Assembly (NCBI GenBank): GCA_049967655.1
Contig: JBMFSH010000007.1
Location: 1 to 64,000 of the forward strand
Reading direction: 5' to 3'
Origin: Acidobacteriota bacterium
GTDB taxonomy: Bacteria > Acidobacteriota > UBA4820 > DSQY01
Length of the DNA stretch: 64,000 nucleotides
The notes under the pieces are model-generated. The model ran no database searches and was not told the origin of the DNA. It saw only the letters and a list, made by a program, of their open reading frames with translations. A program made the translations under genes and the position numbers. Below, one piece after another: positions 1-8,922 of the stretch. Position 1 is the stretch's first letter. Each line of letters opens with the position of its first letter.

Positions 1-3
1 CAT
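1..3 (-). CDS. Probable start codon of the next nuo gene (NuoL expected), truncated by the window edge
   Basis: ATG on the minus strand at 1-3 preceded by a G-rich RBS-like GGGGGTTG; identity inferred only from gene order after nuoK. Confidence 0.3.
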
Positions 4-21
4 GGCAACCCCCAAAGCAGC

Positions 22-161
22 AAACCACAGAGACAGCGAGGCCCAGAGAAAAGGCCTTCTGGCTCAAGGAAGCCTTTGACCGCTCTTCTCCGCTCTTTTT
101 GATTCTTTTCCTTGGCCATGAGCTTCTTTCTTCCGATATGTCTCTGTGCCTCTGTGGTGAA
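22..161. repeat. Intergenic element with imperfect inverted ends, copy 1
   Basis: Left arm ACCACAGAGACAGCGAGGCCCAGAGAAAAGGCCTT, right arm TCTCTGTGCCTCTGTGGTGAA; homologous to 484-621. Confidence 0.8.
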
Positions 162-166
162 GGTCT

Positions 167-466
167 TCATCCTTTCAACTCCCTGGCTTCGTCCACGTTG
201 GCGGTGTGCTTGAGGCGGTAGAGGGCGATTAGCAGGCCGAGCCCGATGGCGGCCTCGCCGGCGGCCACGCCGATGAGAAAGATGGTGAACACCTGGCCCG
301 TCAGGTTTTTCCAGAGGGAGGAGAAGGCGATGAAGTTGATTCCGGCGCCAGCGAAGATCAGCTCGATGGAGAGCAGCACCACGATGAAGTTCCGGCGGGC
401 CAGGACTCCGAAGAGGCCCAGGCAGAAGAGCAGGAAACCGAGGATGACGAAGGCCGCCGTGGTCAT
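167..466 (-). CDS. nuoK: NADH-quinone oxidoreductase subunit K
   Basis: 99 aa, three TM segments, RRN..LLSIE and VAAGEAAIGL motifs; gene order. Confidence 0.95.
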   Translation of the reverse strand: MTTAAFVILGFLLFCLGLFGVLARRNFIVVLLSIELIFAGAGINFIAFSSLWKNLTGQVFTIFLIGVAAGEAAIGLGLLIALYRLKHTANVDEARELKG

Positions 467-483
467 CCCAACCCTCCCGAAAG

Positions 484-621
484 TTCACCACAGAGAGAGC
501 GAGGCACAAAGAAAAGGCCTTGAAGCCCAAGAAAACCAAGGATCTTGTCTGTCCTCATTATCTTGTCCCCACCAAAACCATGAATTCTCATTCTTCTCGG
601 TGTCTCCGTGCCTCTGTGGTT
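484..621. repeat. Intergenic element with imperfect inverted ends, copy 2
   Basis: Left arm TTCACCACAGAGAGAGCGAGGCACAAAGAAAAGGCCTT, right arm TCTCGGTGTCTCCGTGCCTCTGTGGTT abutting the nuoJ stop codon. Confidence 0.8.
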
Positions 622-1180
622 ACACATCTTTCTTAGCCAGGAAGACCGCGCCCAGGACCGCCACGAGCAGGAGCACGGAGGCCGCCTCGAAGGGGTAGAG
701 GTAGTCGCCATAGAGCACCCGCGCCACCCGCTGGGGATTGGTCCCGTGCCGAGCGGCCGCCGCATCCTCGGCGAGCCGGTTCTGGAGCGCCTGGACCTGG
801 CTCTGGTCCGTCACCACGAGCAGGCGGGCGGGTTCCTGGGGCGTGTAGTCGCTGTGGTAGAGCTTGTGGCCGACGGCGAGGAACAGGACCAGGATGAGCA
901 CGAACGCGGGCCAGGCCTGGAAGTGGGTCTGACGGGTCAGCCTGAGGGCCTCGTTGTCGGTGAGCATGATACCGAAAAGGTAGAGCACCAGGATGCCGCC
1001 GGCGTAGACGAGGATCTGAACCGCGGCCACGAACTCGGCCTTCAGGGCCAGGTAGAGAATGGCCACCCCCACGAATCCGATCAGAAGGGAGATGGCCGAG
1101 GAGATGGGGCTCCGTGCCAGCACCACCCCAAGTGCGCAGAGCGCGATCATCAACGACAGCAGGATCCAGCCGATGGTCAT
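620..1180 (-). CDS. nuoJ: NADH-quinone oxidoreductase subunit J
   Basis: AEFVAAVQILVYAGGILVL and YLYPFEAASVLLLVA motifs. Confidence 0.95.
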   Translation of the reverse strand: MTIGWILLSLMIALCALGVVLARSPISSAISLLIGFVGVAILYLALKAEFVAAVQILVYAGGILVLYLFGIMLTDNEALRLTRQTHFQAWPAFVLILVLFLAVGHKLYHSDYTPQEPARLLVVTDQSQVQALQNRLAEDAAAARHGTNPQRVARVLYGDYLYPFEAASVLLLVAVLGAVFLAKKDV

Positions 1181-1204
1181 CCCCTCTCCTTCGAACTAGA
1201 AACG

Positions 1205-1400
1205 CTCACCACCAAGGCACCAAGGCACCAAGAGAGGCCAATCTACAAATCAGAAAGAAGGGTTCCTCCGTGTCTTGCCGACTTCGTTATTCTTTTCCAT
1301 TCGGAATTCACCCTTCGCAGGGGGGACAAGGGACACAGGGATATGGGACAGGGGACAAGAAAGGATGGCTGCATCCATCCCCGACCCCCAATGGCCCCTT
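1205..1400. repeat. Short tandem repeats in the nuoI-nuoJ spacer
   Basis: CACCAAGG x3 (about 1210-1232) and GGGACA/GGGATA x5 (about 1321-1359). Confidence 0.65.
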
Positions 1401-1420
1401 CCTCCCGTGCTGGCGGTTCA

Positions 1421-1903
1421 TCATGGGCTCTTCTGCTCCACGTTTTCCAGGAGCCCCTGCCGGAAGTGCTTGATGGCGAGGTCGTAAGGCAGGGTCTCTT
1501 TGTTGAACAGCAGTTCGTCCTTGTTGTAGGTCGCCAGCTCGAACTCCATGGAGTGGTGGATGGAGCCCGTGGGGCAGGCGTCCACGCACATCCCGCAGTG
1601 GATGCAGTGCTCCAGGGAGATGTAGAACTGGGCCGGCCTCTTGTCGGTCTTGAAGAGCTCCTTGGGAGGCGGATAGACCTTGATGCAGTCTTCCGGACAG
1701 GCCTTTTCGCACATCTTGCAGGAGATGCAGGTCTCGATCTCCACGTGCAGGCGGCCCTTGGTCCTGTAAGGCAGTACCGGCCTGGCGTCGGGGTAGAACT
1801 CCGTCACCTTGGGCTTGCGAAACCATTTGAAGGTGACGGCCAGTCCGCTCGCCAGCTCGGGAAAGGTCATCATCCGCACGAGGCGGTTCAATGCTCCGGG
1901 CAT
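1421..1903 (-). CDS. nuoI: NADH-quinone oxidoreductase subunit I (2x[4Fe-4S])
   Basis: CISCKMCEKACP and CIHCGMCVDACP ferredoxin motifs. Confidence 0.95.
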   Translation of the reverse strand: MPGALNRLVRMMTFPELASGLAVTFKWFRKPKVTEFYPDARPVLPYRTKGRLHVEIETCISCKMCEKACPEDCIKVYPPPKELFKTDKRPAQFYISLEHCIHCGMCVDACPTGSIHHSMEFELATYNKDELLFNKETLPYDLAIKHFRQGLLENVEQKSP

Positions 1904-1907
1904 GCAT

Positions 1908-2948
1908 TCACCTCAGCATCGTCAGCTTGATCCCCGCCACCAGCAGAAGGTTCAGAAGCGAGATGGGCAGGAGAACCTTCCAGCCGATCTTGAGCAGTTG
2001 ATCGTAGCGGTAGCGGGGGAAGGTGGCGCGGATCCAAATGTAGAAGTAGAGGAAGGCCACGGCCTTAACCGCGAAGACGGCGAGGCCGATGAGGCTCACG
2101 GTCCATGGATGCGCCGCGAGAAGGGTCTCGTAAGGAAGGAAGGGGATCTTGTACCCCCCCAGAAAGAGGCTCGTGGCGACGCAGCAGACCAGCACGACGT
2201 TGGCGTACTCGGCCAAGAAGTAGAAGGCGAACCGCATCCCCGAGTACTCCGTGTGGAACCCGCCCACCAGCTCGCTCTCCGCCTCCGGCAGGTCGAAGGG
2301 GGCACGGTTGGTCTCGGCCACAGCGGAGATGACGTAGACCCCGAAGGCCAGGATCAGCGGCACCAGGAAGGGGAGCTTGCCCTGGGCTTGGATGATGTCG
2401 TCCAGGCGGAAGGAGCCGGCCATGAGGATCACGGAGAGCACCGAGAAGGTCAGCGGCACCTCGTAGGAGAGCATCTGGCTCGCCGAGCGCAGGCTCCCGA
2501 AGAGCGGGTACTTGGAGCCCGAGGCCCATCCGCCCAGGACGATCCCGAAGACGCCGAGGGAGGTGATGGCCAGCAGGTAGAGGATGCCGATGTTCGCGTC
2601 GGAGATGAGGAAGGTCGCCCTGGGGCCGGCGGGCGGCGCGAAGGCCACGATGGCGAACCCCGCGAAGGCCGGCACCACCGCGAAGATGGGGGCGATCCTG
2701 AAGAGGAACGGCCGGGCGTTCGTGGGGATGATGTCTTCCTTGAGGATGAGCTTGAGCCCGTCGGCGATGGGCTGGATGAGGCCGGCCGGCCCCACGCGGT
2801 TCGGACCCACGCGGGACTGGAAGAAGCCGAGGAGGCGCCGCTCCAGCCAGACCGTGTAGGCGACGCAGAAGGCCACCACCCCCAGCAGGATCACGATCTT
2901 CAGGAGAGGCAGGCCGACGGTGAGCATGAAGGGCGAGTTCCAATCCAT
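1908..2948 (-). CDS. nuoH: NADH-quinone oxidoreductase subunit H
   Basis: GPNRVGP..QPIADGLKL and AETNRAPFDLPEAESELVGGFHTEYSG. Confidence 0.97.
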   Translation of the reverse strand: MDWNSPFMLTVGLPLLKIVILLGVVAFCVAYTVWLERRLLGFFQSRVGPNRVGPAGLIQPIADGLKLILKEDIIPTNARPFLFRIAPIFAVVPAFAGFAIVAFAPPAGPRATFLISDANIGILYLLAITSLGVFGIVLGGWASGSKYPLFGSLRSASQMLSYEVPLTFSVLSVILMAGSFRLDDIIQAQGKLPFLVPLILAFGVYVISAVAETNRAPFDLPEAESELVGGFHTEYSGMRFAFYFLAEYANVVLVCCVATSLFLGGYKIPFLPYETLLAAHPWTVSLIGLAVFAVKAVAFLYFYIWIRATFPRYRYDQLLKIGWKVLLPISLLNLLLVAGIKLTMLR

Positions 2949-2958
2949 CGAAGTCTCC

Positions 2959-4104
2959 CTACCGATCCACTTCGCCCAGCACGATGTCGAGCGAGCCGAT
3001 GTTGGCCACCACGTCGGCCACCAGGCCGCCCACGCACATCTTCTCCAGTCCCTGGAGGTTCACGAAGGAGGGGGCGCGAACGTGCAGGCGCCAGGGCTTG
3101 TCCGTGCCGTCGGAGACCACGTAGAAGCCCAGCATCCCCTTGGTGCCCTCCACGCAAAAGAAGGCCTCGCCCGCGGGCGGACGGATGATCTTGGAGAACT
3201 TTTCGGGCATGAGCGGCCCTTCGGGTAGGCCGTCCAGGGCCTGCTGGACGATGCGCACGCTCTGGCGCATCTCCCGCACCCGGACGATGTACCGGTCGTA
3301 CACGTCGCCGCGCTCGCCCAGCGGCACCTCGAAGTCGAACTCCTCGTAGGAGCTGTAGGGCATGGCCTTGCGGACGTCGAAGTAGACCCCGGAACCGCGC
3401 AGCGTGGGCCCGGAGAGGCCCAAGGCCACGGCCTCCTCGCCCGAGATGACCCCCACGCCCCGCGTGCGCTGGACCCAGATGCGGTTGGTCGAGAGGAGGG
3501 TCTCGTACTCGTCGATGCGCTTGGGAAATTCAGCCAGGAAATTCCGGCAGGCCCGATCCCACCCCTTGGGGAAGTCGAGGCGGATGCCCCCGATGGGGTA
3601 GGCGTTCTGGAGCAGGCGCTGGCCCAGCATGGCCTCGAAGAGGTCCATGATGACCTCCCGCTCCCTGAGGGCATAGAAGAGGACGGTCATGGCCCCCAGG
3701 TCCAGGGCGTGGGTGCCCAGCCAGAGCAGGTGGTTGGCGATCCGCTGGAGCTCGTCCAGGATCACCCGGATGTACTGCGCCCGCTTGGGTACCTCCACCT
3801 TCATCAGCTTCTCGACGACCCCCACGTAGCCGTGGCAGTTCAGGATGGCACCCACGTAGTCGAGGCGGTCAAAGATGGGGGTGGCCTTGGGATAGGTCCG
3901 GTACTCCGCCCACTTCTCGATGCCCCGGTGCAGGTAACCGATGATCGACTCGATTCCCACCACGCGCTCGCCGTCGAGCGAGAGCACGGCGCGGTACACG
4001 CCGTGGGTGGCGGGGTGCTGAGGTCCGAAGTTGAGTTCCAGGTTCTTGGTTTCCAGGGATTTTCGGAGAGGGGCGGTGCCTTCGGCCCGCAGGAGGTCAG
4101 TCAT
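2959..4104 (-). CDS. nuoD: NADH-quinone oxidoreductase subunit D
   Basis: NFGPQHPATHG, GYLHRG.EK, RLDY and C-terminal DIVLGEVDR. Confidence 0.97.
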   Translation of the reverse strand: MTDLLRAEGTAPLRKSLETKNLELNFGPQHPATHGVYRAVLSLDGERVVGIESIIGYLHRGIEKWAEYRTYPKATPIFDRLDYVGAILNCHGYVGVVEKLMKVEVPKRAQYIRVILDELQRIANHLLWLGTHALDLGAMTVLFYALREREVIMDLFEAMLGQRLLQNAYPIGGIRLDFPKGWDRACRNFLAEFPKRIDEYETLLSTNRIWVQRTRGVGVISGEEAVALGLSGPTLRGSGVYFDVRKAMPYSSYEEFDFEVPLGERGDVYDRYIVRVREMRQSVRIVQQALDGLPEGPLMPEKFSKIIRPPAGEAFFCVEGTKGMLGFYVVSDGTDKPWRLHVRAPSFVNLQGLEKMCVGGLVADVVANIGSLDIVLGEVDR

Positions 4105-5101
4105 GGCGCCGCACCTCCGCGGCGATCCGCTCGCCCTCCTCCACCGAGTCCGGCATATAGCCGGGCTTGGCGTAGCGGTCGGTACGGATGGCCACCTCCT
4201 TGGGCCCGCCGAGGGGATACTCCTTGCGGAGCGGGTGGCCCTCCCAGTTTTCGGGCAGCAGGATGACCTTCAAGCCGGGATGCCCCTCGAAGAGGATGCC
4301 GAACATGTCGTGGACCTCCCGCTCGAGCCAGTTGGCCGCGGGCCAGACGCCCACGGCGCTGGGGCAGCTCTCTCCGTCGTCGAGCCGAACCTTGACGCGG
4401 AGCGAGTGGCCCTTGGAGAGGGACTGGCACTGGTAGACGACCTCGAACTTCTTCTCGTTGAGGGGAAAGTGCGCGGCGGTCAGGTCCGCCAGGAAGTTCA
4501 TGGCGCACTCCGGATCCTCCCTGAGGAATCGGAGGATCTCCAGCAGGCGCTCCTTTGGCACGGCCACCGTGGCCTCGCCGCAGGAGTTCTTGACCCCGCG
4601 GACCGCCTCGCCGAACACCGCGGCGAGCCGATCGGTCACGGGGGTGGAGACCACCTCGCCCGTCGGCTCCCAGGGTTCGCGCCGCGTGAGGAGGAACTGA
4701 ACCTTGAGGCGGGGCGGCAGGAGTGCGAGCAGGCGCAGACGCCGTTCGGTGTCTCCCGGTTTCGTCTCGATCTGGCGCTGGAGGGGCTCGAACTCCGCGA
4801 GCGCCTGGATGAAGGCCTCGTCCGTTGTGGCGGCCTCGTCCAGGAGGGCCTGCATCCGCGCCTGGAGCTCCTTCATGGCGAGCTGGGCCGGCGAGGGGGC
4901 GGGCGGCTTGGGGGCCGCGGGCTTGGCCGTGGGCGGCTTGGGAAGCGTTGGCTGCTCCGCAGCGGGCGCTTTACCCTCGGCCTTCGGCGTCTCGGGCCGG
5001 CTCTCCGGCGGGGAGGCGGGCGCCTTTGCCTCCGCCTCCGCCTTGGCGGGCTCTTGCGAGGCCGGTGGCTCCGGCTGGCCGGGTTTGGTCTCGTCCGTCA
5101 T
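4097..5101 (-). CDS. nuoC: NADH-quinone oxidoreductase subunit C with a long N-terminal extension (334 aa)
   Basis: ANWLEREVHDMFGI.F.GHP and W.GHPLRKEYP; start taken at ATG 5101 (MTDETK), 2 nt after the nuoB stop. Confidence 0.9.
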   Translation of the reverse strand: MTDETKPGQPEPPASQEPAKAEAEAKAPASPPESRPETPKAEGKAPAAEQPTLPKPPTAKPAAPKPPAPSPAQLAMKELQARMQALLDEAATTDEAFIQALAEFEPLQRQIETKPGDTERRLRLLALLPPRLKVQFLLTRREPWEPTGEVVSTPVTDRLAAVFGEAVRGVKNSCGEATVAVPKERLLEILRFLREDPECAMNFLADLTAAHFPLNEKKFEVVYQCQSLSKGHSLRVKVRLDDGESCPSAVGVWPAANWLEREVHDMFGILFEGHPGLKVILLPENWEGHPLRKEYPLGGPKEVAIRTDRYAKPGYMPDSVEEGERIAAEVRRHD

Positions 5102-5103
5102 GG

Positions 5104-5702
<599 letters not shown>

Positions 5703-5706
<4 letters not shown>

Positions 5707-6062
5707 TCTTCCCACCTCAGGGCACCCTTGACCCAGGCGTACCCGTATGCCGCGAGAAGGAGCGCCAGAAAGACGAGCACCTCCACGAAACCGAAGAGCC
5801 CCAGCCTGTCGAAGGCAACGGCCCAGGGAAGGAGGAAGATCGTCTCCACATCGAAGACGAGGAACACCACCGCCACCAGGTAGAAGTGGACCGAGATCTT
5901 ACCAGCCGGCGCCTCATGCATCTCGACGCCGCACTCGTACGGCTGAAGCTTCACGGCGTCGTACCGCTTGGGCCGGAACAGCCACCCCAGCGCCATGGTG
6001 AGCGGGACGATAAGCACCGCAATGCCCAGAAAAATCCCTATGGGCAGGTAAGACGAAAGCAT
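5703..6062 (-). CDS. nuoA: NADH-quinone oxidoreductase subunit A
   Basis: K.QPYECG, FLVFDVE.IFL.PWA and KGAL.W; GGAGG RBS before ATG 6062. Confidence 0.95.
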
Positions 6063-6112
6063 AACAGGACCTCCGTGTTGGTGGGCGGGCAGCGTTCGCC
6101 CATGAGGGGGGC

Positions 6113-6142
6113 AATATACGAGGTACCCCCCGGGTCTGTCAA
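6113..6142 (-). promoter_or_regulatory. sigma70-type promoter of the nuo operon
   Basis: TTGACA-18 nt-TATATT on the minus strand. Confidence 0.65.
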
Positions 6143-6354
6143 GGCGGCATGGTCTGACGCGGCTACTCCAACGCGAGACCGTGGGGAAAATTGCGCCTCT
6201 CGGTGGGTGAAAATCCTTGGATGCCTGTGTGACCATCCGGCGACGAGGGACCGCCCGGGCAGAAGCGGCAAGGATTTCTCGCTGATCTCTGGCTTGCGGG
6301 AGGGGGAGCGGCCAGCGAAGCTAGACTTGGGGGAAATGCCCCTGGGGTTGGCCG

Positions 6355-8538
6355 CTAAAGCGACTCCAGCTTGGCGAGGTTAGCCAGGAGCTTCTTCCGG
6401 CCGAAGCGGTTGAAGGAGACGGTCACCTTCAATCCGTCGCCCTGTCCCTCCGTGGAGAGCACGATGCCGAAGCCGTACTTCGGGTGGTGGACCCGCCCCC
6501 CCGGCCGGAAGGCCGGTTCCTTGGCCTCCGCCTGCTGGGCTCGCTCCAACAGGAGAGCCGCCTCGTGAAGGCTGGAGGAGCGCTCCTCGTAGGCTACGCC
6601 TCCCACCTCCTCCAGCAGCGCGGAGGGTATCTCCCGAAGGAAGGGCGACGGCAGGCGCCCCTGGGGGACTCCGAAGACGTACCGCTGGCGCGCCCAGCTC
6701 AGGAACAGAACGTCCATGGCGCGGGTCATCCCCACGTAGCAGAGTCGGCGCTCCTCCTCCACGCCCTCCTCCGAATTCGTGGAGAGGACGTGAGGCATGA
6801 GGTCCTGCTCCAGACCGCACAGGAGGACCACCGGAAATTCCAGCCCCTTGGCCGCGTGCAGGGTCATGAGCTTCACCGCGTCGAGGGCCCCATCCTTGAT
6901 CTGATCCTGGTCGCTGGTGAGGGCCTGTCGCTCCAGGAAGAGCCGGAGATCGCCCTGCTCCTGGATCTCGAATTCCCGCATGGCGGAGACCAGCTCGCGG
7001 ATGTTTTCGATGCGGGACTCGGGATCCGGTCCCGCCTCCGAGAGGCCCGTGAGGTACTCCACGTAGCCCGTGGCCGAGAGGACCCACTCGGTCAGGGCGG
7101 AGGGCTGGGTGGTCGCGATCCTGGCCCGGAGGCCGTCGAGGATCTCCAGGAAGCCCTGGAGGGCCAGCCGGCTCCTGGTCGGGAGCAACTCTTCGGCCAC
7201 GGCGAGCCGGACCGCCTCCAGCAGGGAGGTGCCCCGCTCGATGGCCAGCCTCTCCATCTGCTCCACCGTCCCCTTGCCGATGCCCCGCGTGGGAACGTTC
7301 AGGATCCGTAGCAGGGCCAGGCGATCCAGCGGATTGAGGCCCAGCCGGAGGTAGGCGAGGAGATCCTTGACCTCCTTGCGCTCGTAGAACTTCAGGCCGC
7401 CGACGACCTGGTAGGGAATGTTGCGGTTGAGGCAGGCCTCCTCGAAGGAGCGGGACTGGGCGTTGGTCCGGTAGAGCACCGCCATCTGGCGCCAGGCGTA
7501 GCGGCCGTTCATGGCCCTGAGGGTGTCGGCCACGAAGGCGGCCTCCTCGCGGTCCGTGGGGGCCGCGAAGAGCTTGACGGGTGGCCCCCCCTCGCGCTCC
7601 GTCCAGAGGCTCTTCCCGAGCCGGCGGGTGTTGTGGTTCACCAGGTGGTTGGCCGCCTCCAGGATGGGCCGCGCCGAGCGGTAGTTGCGCTCCAGCTTGA
7701 TGACCTCCGCCTGGGGGAAGTCCCGCTGAAAGTCCAGGATGTTCTGGAGGTCGGCCCCCCGCCAGTGGTAGATGGACTGGTCCTCGTCCCCCACGGCGAA
7801 GAGGTTGCCCCAGCGGCCGGAGAGGTGCCGCAGGAGGTTGTACTGGATGCGGTTCGTGTCCTGGTACTCGTCCACGAGGATGTGCTGGAACTGCTCGGCG
7901 TAGCGCCGCCGCACCTCCTCCCGCTCCTCGACCAGGCGGAGGGCCAGCACCAGCAGGTCGTCGAAATCCATGGAGTTGGAATCCAGCAGCCGCCGCTCGT
8001 AATCCCGGTACACGGGCGCCACGGTCTGGGCGAAGTGACCGTAGGCCTTCTCCGCGAAGGTCTCCGCGTCCATCCCGCCGGTCTTGGCCCTGCTGATGGC
8101 CGACAGGACGGCCCGGGGCTGGATGTTCCGGTCCGAGATCCCCCGGTCCCGCAGGAGGTGCCGGATGAGGCCGGAGGCGTCGCCCCCGTCCAGGATCGTG
8201 AAGTCCTTCGTGTAGCGGGAGCCGAGGGCCTGGACGTCGGCCCTCAGGATGCGGGCGCAGACCGAGTGGAAGGTCCCGATCCACAGGAAGGGCAGGGCGG
8301 GCTTGTTCAGGAGGGTCGCCACGCGCTCCCGCATCTCGCCAGCGGCCTTGTTCGTGAAGGTGACCGCGAGGATGTTGTGGGGAGAGACGTGGCGGTCCGT
8401 GATGAGGTGGGCGATGCGGTGGGCAATCACCCGCGTCTTTCCCGAGCCCGCCCCAGCCAGCACGAGGGCGGCCCCGCCCAGGGAGGTGACGGCTCGTTTT
8501 TGGTCCGGGTTCAAGGCGTCCAAGGAAGTGCTCGTCAT
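6355..8538 (-). CDS. uvrD: UvrD/PcrA SF1A DNA helicase
   Basis: LN..Q Q-motif, AGAGSGKT, VDEYQD, TLHAAKGLEFP, EERRLCYVG.TRA, C-terminal Tudor-like HPKYG.G; start at ATG 8538 because the ORF upstream of it overlaps tRNAs. Confidence 0.95.
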   Translation of the reverse strand: MTSTSLDALNPDQKRAVTSLGGAALVLAGAGSGKTRVIAHRIAHLITDRHVSPHNILAVTFTNKAAGEMRERVATLLNKPALPFLWIGTFHSVCARILRADVQALGSRYTKDFTILDGGDASGLIRHLLRDRGISDRNIQPRAVLSAISRAKTGGMDAETFAEKAYGHFAQTVAPVYRDYERRLLDSNSMDFDDLLVLALRLVEEREEVRRRYAEQFQHILVDEYQDTNRIQYNLLRHLSGRWGNLFAVGDEDQSIYHWRGADLQNILDFQRDFPQAEVIKLERNYRSARPILEAANHLVNHNTRRLGKSLWTEREGGPPVKLFAAPTDREEAAFVADTLRAMNGRYAWRQMAVLYRTNAQSRSFEEACLNRNIPYQVVGGLKFYERKEVKDLLAYLRLGLNPLDRLALLRILNVPTRGIGKGTVEQMERLAIERGTSLLEAVRLAVAEELLPTRSRLALQGFLEILDGLRARIATTQPSALTEWVLSATGYVEYLTGLSEAGPDPESRIENIRELVSAMREFEIQEQGDLRLFLERQALTSDQDQIKDGALDAVKLMTLHAAKGLEFPVVLLCGLEQDLMPHVLSTNSEEGVEEERRLCYVGMTRAMDVLFLSWARQRYVFGVPQGRLPSPFLREIPSALLEEVGGVAYEERSSSLHEAALLLERAQQAEAKEPAFRPGGRVHHPKYGFGIVLSTEGQGDGLKVTVSFNRFGRKKLLANLAKLESL

Positions 8539-8679
8539 GGCTGCGTCCGGGAGCGGAAGGGAAGAGGCAAAAGCGCCAGAGCGGTCTCGGTTGCCACCCT
8601 CCCTGCCAGGCTCCTCCCTTCTTGGTACATGGGGCTTCGGAAACCCTCGGGTCGCCCCTCCGGACCCGCCATCCCCGGC

Positions 8680-8707
8680 AAAACGAAAGGAGGGCTGAAA
8701 CCCTCCT
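8680..8707 (-). terminator. Intrinsic terminator after tRNA-Glu
   Basis: AGGAGGG/CCCTCCT stem followed by TTCGTTTT on the minus strand. Confidence 0.6.
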
Positions 8708-8721
8708 CGGGAAGAACAGGA

Positions 8722-8796
8722 TGGTAGCCCGTAGGGGAATCGAACCCCTGTTACCGACGTGAGAGGCCGGTGTCCTAACCGCTGAACGAACGGGCC
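8722..8796 (-). tRNA. tRNA-Glu(CTC)
   Basis: GGCCCGT acceptor stem, anticodon arm CCGGC-CTCTCAC-GTCGG, GGTTCGATTCC, encoded CCA. Confidence 0.95.
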
Positions 8797-8800
8797 AGAG

Positions 8801-8876
8801 TGGCTGGGGAGGGAGGACTCGAACCCCCAACATCCTGGTCCAGAGCCAGGCGTTCCACCAGTTGAACTACTCCCCA
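8801..8876 (-). tRNA. tRNA-Gln(CTG)
   Basis: TGGGGAG acceptor stem, anticodon arm CCTGG-CTCTGGA-CCAGG, GGTTCGAGTCC, encoded CCA. Confidence 0.95.
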
Positions 8877-8887
8877 GTGGACTACGA

Positions 8888-8916
8888 ATTTTATCCGGCG
8901 GAGCCCCTCCTGTCAA
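8888..8916 (-). promoter_or_regulatory. sigma70 promoter of the tRNA-Gln/Glu pair
   Basis: TTGACA-17 nt-TAAAAT directly upstream of tRNA-Gln. Confidence 0.8.
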
Positions 8917-8922
8917 GCGGCG

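Noticed and set aside
22..1400. CRISPR array in the nuo spacers
   Set aside because: The repeats are separated by whole genes, come as inverted pairs and lack regular spacers; no cas genes are present.
8539..8916. N-terminal 126-aa extension of UvrD in the ORF track
   Set aside because: It runs through two tRNA genes and a terminator; the helicase Q-motif starts right after ATG 8538.
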